DNA of 64,000 nt from an uncultured Patescibacteria group bacterium (GTDB lineage: Bacteria > Patescibacteriota > Minisyncoccia > Phycocordibacterales > UBA918): positions 37,065 to 101,064 of the forward strand of contig CAKUWT010000002.1 in assembly GCA_934699595.1 (NCBI GenBank), written 5' to 3'. Below are positions 54,123 through 63,645 of this stretch, piece by piece. Within the stretch, counting starts at the first letter, position 1; every line of letters begins with the position of its first letter. The translations under genes were made by a program, and so were the position numbers. The notes beneath the pieces were generated by a model. It was not told the origin of the DNA. It was given only the letters and a program-made list of their open reading frames with translations, and did no database searches.

Positions 54123-54689
54123 ATGAAAAATATTATTATTGTCGGATTGGGGTTGGTGGTCGTAGTCTTGTTAGTCTGGGCTTTTATGACGGGTAAGCTT
54201 GGATTTGGCACACCGGTAGCGACCGTGCCGGGAGAAGAAACAAGTACCACTACCGACAATCCCGCGACTGAGACTGGTGAAGCTGAAGACAGTGATGCCG
54301 ACGAGCAGTGGGTGGCCAGTTACTTGCCCGCCATTGACGCTTTGGCTGATAAGATTACCGTTAGTTCGGTTACTCCGGGCACGGTAATAACTTCGCCAGT
54401 AACCATCGCAGGAGAGGCTCGAGGTCCTTGGTATTTTGAAGCTAGTTTTCCAGTTTTCCTCAATAATTGGGATGGTCTGACGATCGCCACTGGTGTCGCA
54501 ACCGCCCAAAGTGATTGGATGACTGAAGACTTTGTCCCATTCACACTATCCTTAAGTTTTGTTAATCCGTACCAGGTTGGTGACCCTGATTTTATGAAAA
54601 AGGGCACGCTGATACTTAAGAAAGACAATCCTTCTGGCTTACCCGCCAATGACGCCAGTTTAGAGGTGCCGATTTTCTTCGCCAACTAG
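54123..54689 (+). CDS. Membrane-anchored secreted protein with a Gmad2-like immunoglobulin-like domain
   Basis: 188 aa with an N-terminal anchor, an acidic T/E/D-rich linker and a beta-rich C-terminal domain. Confidence 0.45.
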   Translation: MKNIIIVGLGLVVVVLLVWAFMTGKLGFGTPVATVPGEETSTTTDNPATETGEAEDSDADEQWVASYLPAIDALADKITVSSVTPGTVITSPVTIAGEARGPWYFEASFPVFLNNWDGLTIATGVATAQSDWMTEDFVPFTLSLSFVNPYQVGDPDFMKKGTLILKKDNPSGLPANDASLEVPIFFAN

Positions 54690-54867
54690 TTTGGTGACTG
54701 CCGCGGACGGGTGACGTGCCGTTGCCGTTTCGTCATTAATGCGTTATAGTACCTCCGTCTTGTCATTTTATGACGGTACTCTTTTCTATCAGCCGTGCGC
54801 AATTTTGTGAACAAAGAGACGGAAGGAGGTTTAGCAACAATCAATTAAATTTTAATAACTTTATTTT

Positions 54868-57039
54868 ATGGCCCGAGAGTTTCCTATTGAGCGCACCCGC
54901 AACTTTGGAATTGTAGCGCACGTTGATGCTGGAAAGACCACGACCTCTGAGCGTGTACTTTTCTTTACTGGTATGACCCATAAATTGGGTGAAACCCATG
55001 ATGGCGCATCTGTGACCGACTGGATGGAGCAAGAACGCGAGCGTGGTATCACGATTACGGCGGCGGCAATTTCTTGTAACTGGTCCAAGTCTGACGTGGT
55101 GGATCGTACCGATAAATCACAAATGTATACCTTCAATGTTATCGACACCCCGGGCCACATCGACTTTACCGCTGAGGTGAAGCGGTCAATGCGCGTTTTG
55201 GACGGCGCCGTGACCGTCTTTGACTCGGTGGCAGGAGTGGAGCCGCAATCAGAGACCAACTGGGCTTATGCTGATGAGGCGGGAGTACCACGATTGTGCT
55301 ACATCAATAAGATGGACAAACTCGGCGCTGACTTCAATAAGGCCTACCAAACCATTGTCAGTCGCTTGTCTAGCAAAGCTGTGCGCGCCCAAATACCGTG
55401 GGGCAAGGAGGATAGTCTCAAGGGAGTGATTGATTTACTGACTCGAAAAGCCTACACCTTCGAAGGTAATATGGGCATGGAAATTAAGGAGCATGAGGTG
55501 CCTGAGGAATATCGCGAGGAAATGGAAGAGTTACGTGCCGAATTGATTGAGCGCATTGTGGAGCATGATGACGCTGCTATGGAAGCTTTTTTGGAAGGCG
55601 AAGAGCCGAGCTTGGAAGATCTGAAGAAGATCATGCGTAAAGCGGTGTTGGCTAATGAAATCTTCCCGGTTTATACTGGTTCCTCATTGAAAAATATCGG
55701 CGTACAGCTAATCCTTGATGCTGTGGTGGACTACCTGCCGTCACCAGTTGATTTGCCGCCAGTGCACGGTATCAATCCTAAAGATGATAGTGAAATTGAG
55801 CGTAAGCCAAGCGACGCTGAGCCATTTGCCGCCCTGTCTTTCAAATTGCAAACTGACCCGTTTGTGGGGCAGCTTACCTTTTTCCGAGTTTATTCGGGTG
55901 TGATTAAAGCTGGTAGTTATATTTATAACGCCAATACTGGTAAAAAGGAGCGACTCGGACGGATCGTACGTCTTCAGGCTGACAAGCGTACTGAAATTGA
56001 GGAAGTTTACGCTGGTGAAATTGCTGCTGGAGTTGGGTTGAAAGATATTAAGACGTCACATACTCTTTGTGACGAGAATAACCCGATTATTCTAGAGCAG
56101 ATCACTTTCCCAGAACCGGTGATCGCCCTTCGAGTGGAGCCGAAAACTAAGAACGACCAGGAGAAAATGGGTGTCGCTCTTAAAAAGTTGGCTGATGAAG
56201 ACCCGACTTTTAAAGTATCTACTGACCCAGAAACGATGGAAACAATTATTGCGGGTATGGGCGAGCTACACCTTGAGGTGTTGGTGGACCGGATGAAGCG
56301 TGAGTTTAACGTGGAGGCTAATGTGGGTACGCCACAAGTAGCTTATCGTGAGACCATTCAACGGGAAGCGGAAGCCGATTATAAGTACGTTAAGCAGTCT
56401 GGCGGTCGGGGGCAATATGGACATGTCAAGATTCGTATTAAACCAATGGAGCCGCTGGCTGAGGGTGAAACTGTGGCCAAGAACGTTACTCGTGAAGATC
56501 ACTTTGAGTTCATCAACAGTATCAAGGGAGGGGTGGTGCCACAGGAGTACATTCCAGCTGTGGTAAAAGGTGCGCGCGAAGCGATGGCCCGTGGACAGGT
56601 GGCAGGATACAAAATGGAGGATGTCTCAGTTGAGCTTTACGACGGTAGCTACCATGATGTTGACTCCTCAGAAATTGCCTTTAAGTTAGCCAGTATTTAT
56701 GCTTTCCGGGACGCGGCTAAGAAAGCTAACGCCGTCTTGCTAGAGCCAGTGATGAAGGTAGAAATCCGCACCCCAGAAGAATACCTTGGTGATATTAACG
56801 GTAATATTTCTAGTAAGCGAGGTCACGTGGAGAGTATGGGAGAGATTGGCGACAAGCGCGTCATTACTGCCAAAGTACCACTATCAGAAATGTTTGGTTA
56901 TACCAATACCTTGCGCTCAATGACTCAAGGGCGAGCTACTAACATGATGGAGTTTGATCACTACGCCGTGGTGCCACCAAATATTGCTGATGAGATTAAG
57001 AAAGTGCGTGGGGTCAAGGACGTGGTCGACGAAGATTAG
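54868..57039 (+). CDS. fusA: Elongation factor G
   Basis: 723 aa with G-domain motifs AHVDAGKTT and DTPGH, and full five-domain length. Confidence 0.95.
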   Translation: MAREFPIERTRNFGIVAHVDAGKTTTSERVLFFTGMTHKLGETHDGASVTDWMEQERERGITITAAAISCNWSKSDVVDRTDKSQMYTFNVIDTPGHIDFTAEVKRSMRVLDGAVTVFDSVAGVEPQSETNWAYADEAGVPRLCYINKMDKLGADFNKAYQTIVSRLSSKAVRAQIPWGKEDSLKGVIDLLTRKAYTFEGNMGMEIKEHEVPEEYREEMEELRAELIERIVEHDDAAMEAFLEGEEPSLEDLKKIMRKAVLANEIFPVYTGSSLKNIGVQLILDAVVDYLPSPVDLPPVHGINPKDDSEIERKPSDAEPFAALSFKLQTDPFVGQLTFFRVYSGVIKAGSYIYNANTGKKERLGRIVRLQADKRTEIEEVYAGEIAAGVGLKDIKTSHTLCDENNPIILEQITFPEPVIALRVEPKTKNDQEKMGVALKKLADEDPTFKVSTDPETMETIIAGMGELHLEVLVDRMKREFNVEANVGTPQVAYRETIQREAEADYKYVKQSGGRGQYGHVKIRIKPMEPLAEGETVAKNVTREDHFEFINSIKGGVVPQEYIPAVVKGAREAMARGQVAGYKMEDVSVELYDGSYHDVDSSEIAFKLASIYAFRDAAKKANAVLLEPVMKVEIRTPEEYLGDINGNISSKRGHVESMGEIGDKRVITAKVPLSEMFGYTNTLRSMTQGRATNMMEFDHYAVVPPNIADEIKKVRGVKDVVDED

Positions 57040-57090
57040 GCGCGCCAATTCTAAAGAAAGCACCTAATCGTCGCTTAATAAAAAATAATT

Positions 57091-57130
57091 AAAATCCCTC
57101 TCACCCGAGAGGGATTTTAATTATTTTTTA
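57091..57130 (+). terminator. Rho-independent terminator after fusA
   Basis: AAAATCCCTCTC-ACCC-GAGAGGGATTTT followed by a T-run. Confidence 0.65.
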
Positions 57131-57225
57131 TCAACAACTTTACGTTGCCTATGTCAACAGAGGAGGGAAGTGTGACATAATAAACTGAACTTAATAGTTA
57201 GTTAAATTAAAATATTATTATTGGT

Positions 57226-57846
57226 ATGACCGTCTCATCTTTCTTCAAAAGCACCGCCCTCCTCGGAATGGTTGCCTTTGGCCTATTAGCCTACAACTTT
57301 ATCCAAGCTTCTTGGACAGCGCCTACAGCGACTCCTCCTGGGGGCAACACTGATAGACCGATTAACGTTGGTAGTATTTATCAAGCTAAGTCTGGTGACC
57401 TTGGTGCTATCCGCATGCGGGCAGGACAGTATTGTAATGCGGCGGGGACGAAGTGTTTTACAGCTGATCAGGTGGAGGGGCTAGTTAAAGCTGGCGGTAC
57501 GGTGACTCCTCCAGGTGGTACACCGACTGACATTTTGCGAAGGGAGAGTGGGCGAGCAACTATTGCTACCGAGTCATACGGTTTTGGGTCACGCAATTCT
57601 GGTACTAGAGCTAAGCCTGTTTCCGTCAGTTTTGGTAAATCATTTACTAGCGTTCCGATGGTGCAAGTCACAACTGCAGATGGTCGCAACCTTGTTGATG
57701 CTCCAGTAGCTGTTTCCCGAACTGGCTTTATAGTGACAATTCCGCAAGACTGCAGCACTTCCACTCACGGCTCGGGTGAGGCCGAGACTACCCGATGTAA
57801 TCCTCGCTACACCGGATCGCTAAACTGGAATGTTATTGGCAATTAA
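57226..57846 (+). CDS. Secreted or anchored protein with an H-type-lectin-like C-terminal domain; paralog 1
   Basis: 206 aa. The first roughly 78 codons are nucleotide-identical to 62505... The C-terminus (VSFGKSFTSVPMVQVTTADG...VSRTGFIVT) resembles the H-type lectin beta-sandwich. Confidence 0.5.
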   Translation: MTVSSFFKSTALLGMVAFGLLAYNFIQASWTAPTATPPGGNTDRPINVGSIYQAKSGDLGAIRMRAGQYCNAAGTKCFTADQVEGLVKAGGTVTPPGGTPTDILRRESGRATIATESYGFGSRNSGTRAKPVSVSFGKSFTSVPMVQVTTADGRNLVDAPVAVSRTGFIVTIPQDCSTSTHGSGEAETTRCNPRYTGSLNWNVIGN

Positions 57847-57854
57847 TAAAAAAT

Positions 57855-59081
57855 ATGCAAGATTCACCTTTAAATCATCTGAGAAACACCTCGCTTATTG
57901 TCGCCACCTTTTTACTAGGTGCTTTTCTCGCTACGTTATTTTTGTTACCGGTGGCAGTTACTGCAGCAGAGTCACCTTTTGATAGTAATGTGCCTCTGAC
58001 TGGATACGCATGGAGTAGTAACATCGGTTGGATTTCTTTTAACTGCCAAACAGGCGGTAACTCGGGAGGTAATATTTGTGCTACTAGTAATTATAAAGTG
58101 GAGATTAAAACTGACGGTACGCTCTCAGGCTACGCTTGGAGTAGTAACATTGGTTGGATTAAGTTTGGCGGGCTGAGCGCCATTCCTAGTGGTCCTGGTA
58201 ATGCGGCTAATAATGCCCAACTAGTTAGTGTTGGCAGTGATAAGTATGAGTTACAGGGTTGGGTTCGAGTCTGTTCCTCAAACTCAGCCGCTGGGTCTTG
58301 TAATTTTGGAGTGACTCGTAACGAAGGCTGGGATGGTTGGATTTCTCTAAAGGGGACCAGTCCTAACTACACCACTGAGTTTACCAGCGCTGGCGTAGTT
58401 AAAACTCCGGTCGGTTACGCTTGGGGCAGTAGTGTAGTGGGTTGGATTGGTATGACTCATCTCGATATTGAGGCTCCTGAGGCTATTAAAATTACTAGTT
58501 TCAAAAAAGGCGCTGGTGAAACATTGGCGACAGATGGTTCAGAGACTTATGACAATGTTACGTTAGTTGCCACGGTTACTGGAGTTGATACGGGTAAGAG
58601 CGTGCCGTATACCGTTACTGTTAATGGGGTGACAAAAACTGGTACTTATAAAGCCGATAGTCCAACAACTGGTACCTTTACCCCAGCGCTGAAGTTTGAC
58701 GGCGTACCCGCTAATGTGCCCGTGACGGCTATCTTGAGAGTGGGTACTGCAAAGAATTATGACGAAAAAACCATCACCCTCAATCTTGTGGCGGCTGCTG
58801 CTACCGTGAGTCTGAAAGCTCAGCCAGATCTCGTCCGCCCTGGCTCGACCTCAAACCTAAGGTGGACAGTTTCTAGTCCGCAGGATGTTTCTTGTCAGAT
58901 TACTGGTGGGGGAATGGATAAGACTGTTAACATAGCCGGTGGAACCCCGGACACTGGTAGCGTTGACACCAATGTGATAAATAACCTTACCCGGTTCACG
59001 ATCACGTGTTCTGGAGCAGGAGTAATCACAACTAGCGAGTCGACAACAGTAAGTGTGGTACCTTACGTAATGGAGAGATAA
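57855..59081 (+). CDS. Secreted repeat-containing surface protein
   Basis: 408 aa with an N-terminal signal/anchor and three copies of a GYAWSSNIGWI(S/K)F-type motif. The C-terminal half is T/V/G-rich and beta-like. Confidence 0.5.
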   Translation: MQDSPLNHLRNTSLIVATFLLGAFLATLFLLPVAVTAAESPFDSNVPLTGYAWSSNIGWISFNCQTGGNSGGNICATSNYKVEIKTDGTLSGYAWSSNIGWIKFGGLSAIPSGPGNAANNAQLVSVGSDKYELQGWVRVCSSNSAAGSCNFGVTRNEGWDGWISLKGTSPNYTTEFTSAGVVKTPVGYAWGSSVVGWIGMTHLDIEAPEAIKITSFKKGAGETLATDGSETYDNVTLVATVTGVDTGKSVPYTVTVNGVTKTGTYKADSPTTGTFTPALKFDGVPANVPVTAILRVGTAKNYDEKTITLNLVAAAATVSLKAQPDLVRPGSTSNLRWTVSSPQDVSCQITGGGMDKTVNIAGGTPDTGSVDTNVINNLTRFTITCSGAGVITTSESTTVSVVPYVMER

Positions 59082-59110
59082 TTAATCAAAAAATATTATA
59101 AATTGTAGAT

Positions 59111-59443
59111 ATGGAACTAATTAGAGAGAAAAAAGTATTTTGGTTATCGGCGGCGATCCTCATCTTCATGCTGATGCTAATTGGCATCTATATAGTTATC
59201 GGTATCGAATCTGCTAAAAGACATTCTCAGCCTGACTTAGTAGATGATCAGTCTGGGGGCATGTTAGATGATAGCGCTGAGCGTCAAGCTATTTGGGAGG
59301 ATCTGAACCAGGAGGCGCCTGAGATGGCCCCGGAAGAAGTAGAGGAAATTATTTCTGATCTAGATAATCCTACTAGCGTTGACATGGAGGAGGCAGAGAG
59401 GCAGCAAATTGCGGAGGAATTATCGATTGGCTTGGGGGAATAA
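59111..59443 (+). CDS. Small membrane-anchored acidic protein
   Basis: 110 aa with one TM helix and a D/E-rich tail. A terminator at 59462-59500 follows. Confidence 0.4.
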   Translation: MELIREKKVFWLSAAILIFMLMLIGIYIVIGIESAKRHSQPDLVDDQSGGMLDDSAERQAIWEDLNQEAPEMAPEEVEEIISDLDNPTSVDMEEAERQQIAEELSIGLGE

Positions 59444-59810
59444 TCTTGGGTATTGTAGACAAAAAAATAAGCCGCGGGCAAAGCCCGCGGCTTATTTTTC
59501 ATCAGGCACCATCCCTAAAGCCGCTCTCACCCAGTAGAAAATCACTTGAGAAAGGAGGGTAATTTAGTCAATAGTAAGAGACGAGAGGGCTAGTAGGGTG
59601 GTCGTTGGTTGCGCCAGCATTATTCTCGTGCTACACTCCCTCTCAGCGTTTAAGACCTATGTTCGCTAATTGCTCCCTTGCGGAGCAAGAGAACCACTGG
59701 GCACAATTAACCGTGCCTAATGCTATGCCGACGAAAGTCTGTTAGCTGAGGACGGTTTTTGTTTTTAGGTTTCCGGTCTAGCGCTTTTATTAGCATAAGT
59801 GAAAATAACA

Positions 59811-60431
59811 ATGAAATTTATTGTTGGCACTAAGGAGCGCATGACGCAGATTTTTGACGCTGACGGCGTTTGTCATCCTGCCACCGTGCTCCGAGTGGAA
59901 TCGGCAGCCATCACTCGTATTAAAACCAAAGATTCCGATGGTTACGATGCGGTGCAGGTGGCGACTGGTGTAAAAAAAGACCACCGTGTACGTCGCGCCG
60001 ACAAAGGTCAGCACGAGACTGCTGAGACAGTGCGTGAGTGGCGACCAAAAAGTATTTATGGTGAGGATATTACCGGCTTGACGGTCGGGCAAACCTTGAA
60101 TGCTGAGACTTTTGCTGCTGGCGATAAGATTGCTGTGTCGGCTGTCTCTAAAGGTAAAGGTTTTCAGGGAGTGGTTAAGCGTCACAACTTTGCTGGTGGC
60201 CCACGAACGCACGGTCAGAAGCACTCTGAACGTCGCTCTGGTTCAATCGGTTCCACTGGTAATATGCGCGTGCTGAAGGGTACTCGCATGGCCGGTAGGA
60301 TGGGTGGCGACCGGATTACGGTCAAGAATCTCACTGTACTGCAGGTAGATGCTGCTAACAACTTATTACTGGTGAAGGGCGCTGTCCCTGGTCGAAAAGG
60401 AACTTTAGTAGAAGTGCGTGGCGCTAATTAA
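59811..60431 (+). CDS. rplC: 50S ribosomal protein L3
   Basis: MKFIVGTKERMTQIFD... is L3-typical. The start is taken at the ATG at 59811, not the upstream GTG at 59799. Confidence 0.9.
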   Translation: MKFIVGTKERMTQIFDADGVCHPATVLRVESAAITRIKTKDSDGYDAVQVATGVKKDHRVRRADKGQHETAETVREWRPKSIYGEDITGLTVGQTLNAETFAAGDKIAVSAVSKGKGFQGVVKRHNFAGGPRTHGQKHSERRSGSIGSTGNMRVLKGTRMAGRMGGDRITVKNLTVLQVDAANNLLLVKGAVPGRKGTLVEVRGAN

Positions 60432-60435
60432 ATAA

Positions 60436-61119
60436 ATGATTATGAAAATTAATGTTTATTCTAGTACAGGAACTACTAAAGGGGAGTTTAATCTTCCGGA
60501 GCAGGTTTTTGCTCTACCTTGGAATGGAGATTTGGTGCACGATGTGGTGACATCCATGCAAGCCAATGCTCGGGCTGGGACTGCTCACACTAAGGACCGT
60601 GGTGAGGTGCGTGGTGGTGGTAAAAAACCATGGCGTCAGAAAGGAACTGGTCGTGCCCGTCATGGTTCTCGTCGCAGCCCGATCTGGGTTGGTGGTGGAG
60701 TTACTCATGGACCACGTAACGAGCGTGATTACAAAGTCAAGATAAATAAGAAAGTGAAAGCGAAGGCTTTGGGGATTATTCTCAGCCGCAAATTAGCTGA
60801 TACCGAAATTATTGCTTTGGATAGTTTAGCACTATCGGAAATGAAAACTGCTAAAGCGGTAGAGGTGGTAACAGCGGTGGCCAAGGCTTCAGAGGCAAGC
60901 GCCTTAGCTACTAAGAAGCAGAATGCTGCCTTGGTAATCTTGCCAGAGCGTGATGAGGTTGCGGAAAAAAGCTTCCGCAACTTAGGACAATTCTCGGTAA
61001 TGCAAGCCAAGGACATTAGTCCAGTTGATTTACTAACCTATAAATACGCTGTGTTAGTCAACCCGGAAGCGACGGTAGAAATTCTTTCTGCGCGTGTGCT
61101 GCCGATGGTGACTAACTAG
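60436..61119 (+). CDS. rplD: 50S ribosomal protein L4
   Basis: 227 aa with L4-typical features (GGGKKPWRQKGTGRARHGS). Confidence 0.9.
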   Translation: MIMKINVYSSTGTTKGEFNLPEQVFALPWNGDLVHDVVTSMQANARAGTAHTKDRGEVRGGGKKPWRQKGTGRARHGSRRSPIWVGGGVTHGPRNERDYKVKINKKVKAKALGIILSRKLADTEIIALDSLALSEMKTAKAVEVVTAVAKASEASALATKKQNAALVILPERDEVAEKSFRNLGQFSVMQAKDISPVDLLTYKYAVLVNPEATVEILSARVLPMVTN

Positions 61120-61132
61120 CGAAGAAATTGTT

Positions 61133-61483
61133 ATGGCCCTCTTTAGTCGAAAAAAATCAGAATCTACAGCGGCAACCGTGACCACTAGTCAGGCAACTGA
61201 TCGTAATCTAGAGGCGGTGATTATCCGTCCATTGATTACTGAGAAGGCACTCGGACAGAGCGATCGTCGAGTCTATGCTTTTCTAGTTCGTCGGGATGCT
61301 AATAAATTTGCTGTATCCGCTGCAGTAGCTGCGGTCTATAAAGTGACGCCGGTAAGGGTGAATATCGTTAACAAAGCACCAAAGCAAGTCAAATCACGCA
61401 CCCGCGGTCGAATGGTGTCAGAACGTGGTTACAAGAAAGCTTACGTCTACTTAAAAGCAGGCGATAGCATTAACCTAATCTAA
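61133..61483 (+). CDS. rplW: 50S ribosomal protein L23
   Basis: 116 aa; the position and sequence (IIRPLITEKA...) fit L23. Confidence 0.85.
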   Translation: MALFSRKKSESTAATVTTSQATDRNLEAVIIRPLITEKALGQSDRRVYAFLVRRDANKFAVSAAVAAVYKVTPVRVNIVNKAPKQVKSRTRGRMVSERGYKKAYVYLKAGDSINLI

Positions 61484-61488
61484 AGCAG

Positions 61489-62349
61489 ATGAAAAAATAT
61501 AACCCTACATCTCCTGGTCGTCGTGATGGTTCAGTAATCGAGTATCGCAAGAAACTCACCTCTACCACCAATCGCCCGCTAAAAAGTTTGACGCGCGGTC
61601 GTAAAAGTACTGGTGGACGCAATAGCTACGGACGTACTACAGTAGTGAGTCGTGGTGGCGGTCACAAGCGTACTTATCGCCAGATTGACTTTAAGTATGA
61701 TAAGAAAGATATTGCTGCTCGAGTGGAAAGTATCGAATACGACCCATTTCGCACTGGTTTTATTGCCCTGGTACTATATCGAGACGGTGAACGACGCTAC
61801 ATTCTCGCCCCACAGAAACTGACTCAGGGTGATGAAATCTTGGTTTCCGAAAAGGCTAAGATCGCTGTCGGTAACCGTTTGCCGCTCAAAGAGATTCCGG
61901 TCGGAACTTACGTGTACGGGATTGAAATTAATCCTGGTGCTGGTGCTCGACTGGCGCGAAGTGCGGGAAACTTTGCTGAAGTGGTTGCTCACGACGCTGG
62001 TTACACTACCGTCAAGCTGCCGTCTTCAGAAATCCGTAAAATTCACGGTACGGCCTGGGCTTCTGTCGGTGAGGTGTCTAACGAAGAAAATCGCTTAGTC
62101 ACTCTCGGCAAGGCTGGGCGTGCCCGACACGTTGGAATTCGACCGAAGACTCGGGGAAGTGCCATGAACGCCGTCGATCACCCACACGGTGGTGGTGAAG
62201 GTCGTTCGCCTCGTGGTCATCGCCGCGCTCGCACCAAACAAGGTCGTCCGGTTGGTAAAGGTCAGAAGACCCGCTCACCGAAGAAGCACTCTAATAAGTT
62301 TATTGTGCAGCGTCGGAAGCCAGGTCGCTTGATGACGAGCAAGAAGTAG
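61489..62349 (+). CDS. rplB: 50S ribosomal protein L2
   Basis: 286 aa with GRNSYGRTT...VDHPHGGGEGR. Confidence 0.95.
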   Translation: MKKYNPTSPGRRDGSVIEYRKKLTSTTNRPLKSLTRGRKSTGGRNSYGRTTVVSRGGGHKRTYRQIDFKYDKKDIAARVESIEYDPFRTGFIALVLYRDGERRYILAPQKLTQGDEILVSEKAKIAVGNRLPLKEIPVGTYVYGIEINPGAGARLARSAGNFAEVVAHDAGYTTVKLPSSEIRKIHGTAWASVGEVSNEENRLVTLGKAGRARHVGIRPKTRGSAMNAVDHPHGGGEGRSPRGHRRARTKQGRPVGKGQKTRSPKKHSNKFIVQRRKPGRLMTSKK

Positions 62350-62370
62350 TGCACCCTGTTCAGGTAAGTA

Positions 62371-62407
62371 AAAATAAAACACCTCCCCTCAGGAGGTGTT
62401 TTATTTT
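62371..62407 (+). terminator. Rho-independent terminator after rplB
   Basis: ACACCTCC-CCTCA-GGAGGTGT flanked by A/T runs. Confidence 0.6.
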
Positions 62408-62504
62408 ACCTCGCTATCAACAACTCCTCACTTTAGCTTGTAAAACATTAGTATCAGTGTGACATAATGTACTCATATCCGTAATTAGTTTACCTAGTCA
62501 AATA

Positions 62505-63347
62505 TTGCGTATGACCGTCTCATCTTTCTTCAAAAGCACCGCCCTCCTCGGAATGGTTGCCTTTGGCCTATTAGCCTACAACTTTATCCAAGCTTCTTGG
62601 ACAGCGCCTACAGCGACTCCTCCTGGGGGCAACACTGATAGACCGATTAACGTTGGTAGTATTTATCAAGCTAAGTCTGGTGACCTTGGTGCTATCCGCA
62701 TGCGGGCAGGACAGTATTGTAATGCGGCGGGGACGAAGTGTGTGACTGCCGACGGATTAATTGGTGGTGGCTCAGGGCAGGCAATGGCGATTGGCCGAGT
62801 GGCGATGACTGTTAATGCGGCGGGGAACCTAACTGTTGGTACGGTAACTTTTGATAAACCTTTTGATAAGGTGCCAAAAGTAGTGGCGTCAGTGCAAGAC
62901 GCTTATTACAATGGACCTTGTCGGGGTGACGAAATTATTTTCCGAGTTAATGTCCGTAGTGTATCCAGAACCGGATTTGTAGTAGAGGCCCCGTATGCTA
63001 CTGGTGGTTGTGGAACACGGAGAGTGGTCGGAGCGAGTTGGATAGCTTTGGCAGATGGTGGCGCCAACACCCTTGTGCGCACTTTTAGTGAAAATCAGAT
63101 GAAAAATGCTGTTAAAAAAGAGAATCCATCGGTAGCAACTGCTGACGCCGTACATGACACTCCGGGAAACCGCGCGGCTCTTTGTGAGTCACTATTTCCT
63201 GGCAGTAGCCCTACCAGAGCCACGACAGGATCATTCACTTCCCCTAGTAACAACACAGTTTACACTTTATCGGGCTTTACAGTTTGGACACGGGCGGGTG
63301 CTAGTGGACGTAATGTGACTTTGACTAGTTTGGAGTGTACCAGGTAG
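62505..63347 (+). CDS. Secreted or anchored H-type-lectin-like protein; paralog 2 with a C-terminal extension
   Basis: 280 aa. The 5' about 235 nt and the 13-nt upstream motif agtgtgacataat are identical to paralog 1. A lectin-like core (VTFDKPFDKVPKVVASV...VSRTGFVVE...SWIALADGG) is followed by an extra roughly 90 aa. Confidence 0.5.
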   Translation: MRMTVSSFFKSTALLGMVAFGLLAYNFIQASWTAPTATPPGGNTDRPINVGSIYQAKSGDLGAIRMRAGQYCNAAGTKCVTADGLIGGGSGQAMAIGRVAMTVNAAGNLTVGTVTFDKPFDKVPKVVASVQDAYYNGPCRGDEIIFRVNVRSVSRTGFVVEAPYATGGCGTRRVVGASWIALADGGANTLVRTFSENQMKNAVKKENPSVATADAVHDTPGNRAALCESLFPGSSPTRATTGSFTSPSNNTVYTLSGFTVWTRAGASGRNVTLTSLECTR

Positions 63348-63645
63348 TTATAAGTCACTTTAGTAACTAAAATTACAAAACGGCCACATTTTCTGTGGCT
63401 GGTTTTGGTTAAAGTGGTAAGTCTATACTTGCAAAAAAATCCTTATTTGTTAACATAGACCACACCGTACAGCAGAGTCTACTTAGTAACTTTGCGTGTC
63501 GGAGCAGAAAATATTTGGCTCTTTCACACTTACCTTAAGTGTACAGTGGTAACGCGCCGTTCTCGCGCCGTTACCAATGTATATTTAGGCTGGCTTATTA
63601 AAGACAGCAGTGCGGTTTATTAATTATCTATAAATTAAATTTATT

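Noticed and set aside
54740-54867. Anti-SD style pairing (CCTCCGTCT ... AGACGGAAGGAGG) in the fusA leader as a riboregulator
   Set aside because: The GGAGG lies about 36 nt upstream of the fusA ATG, too far to be its SD, so sequestration logic does not apply. It was kept only as a minor hairpin observation.
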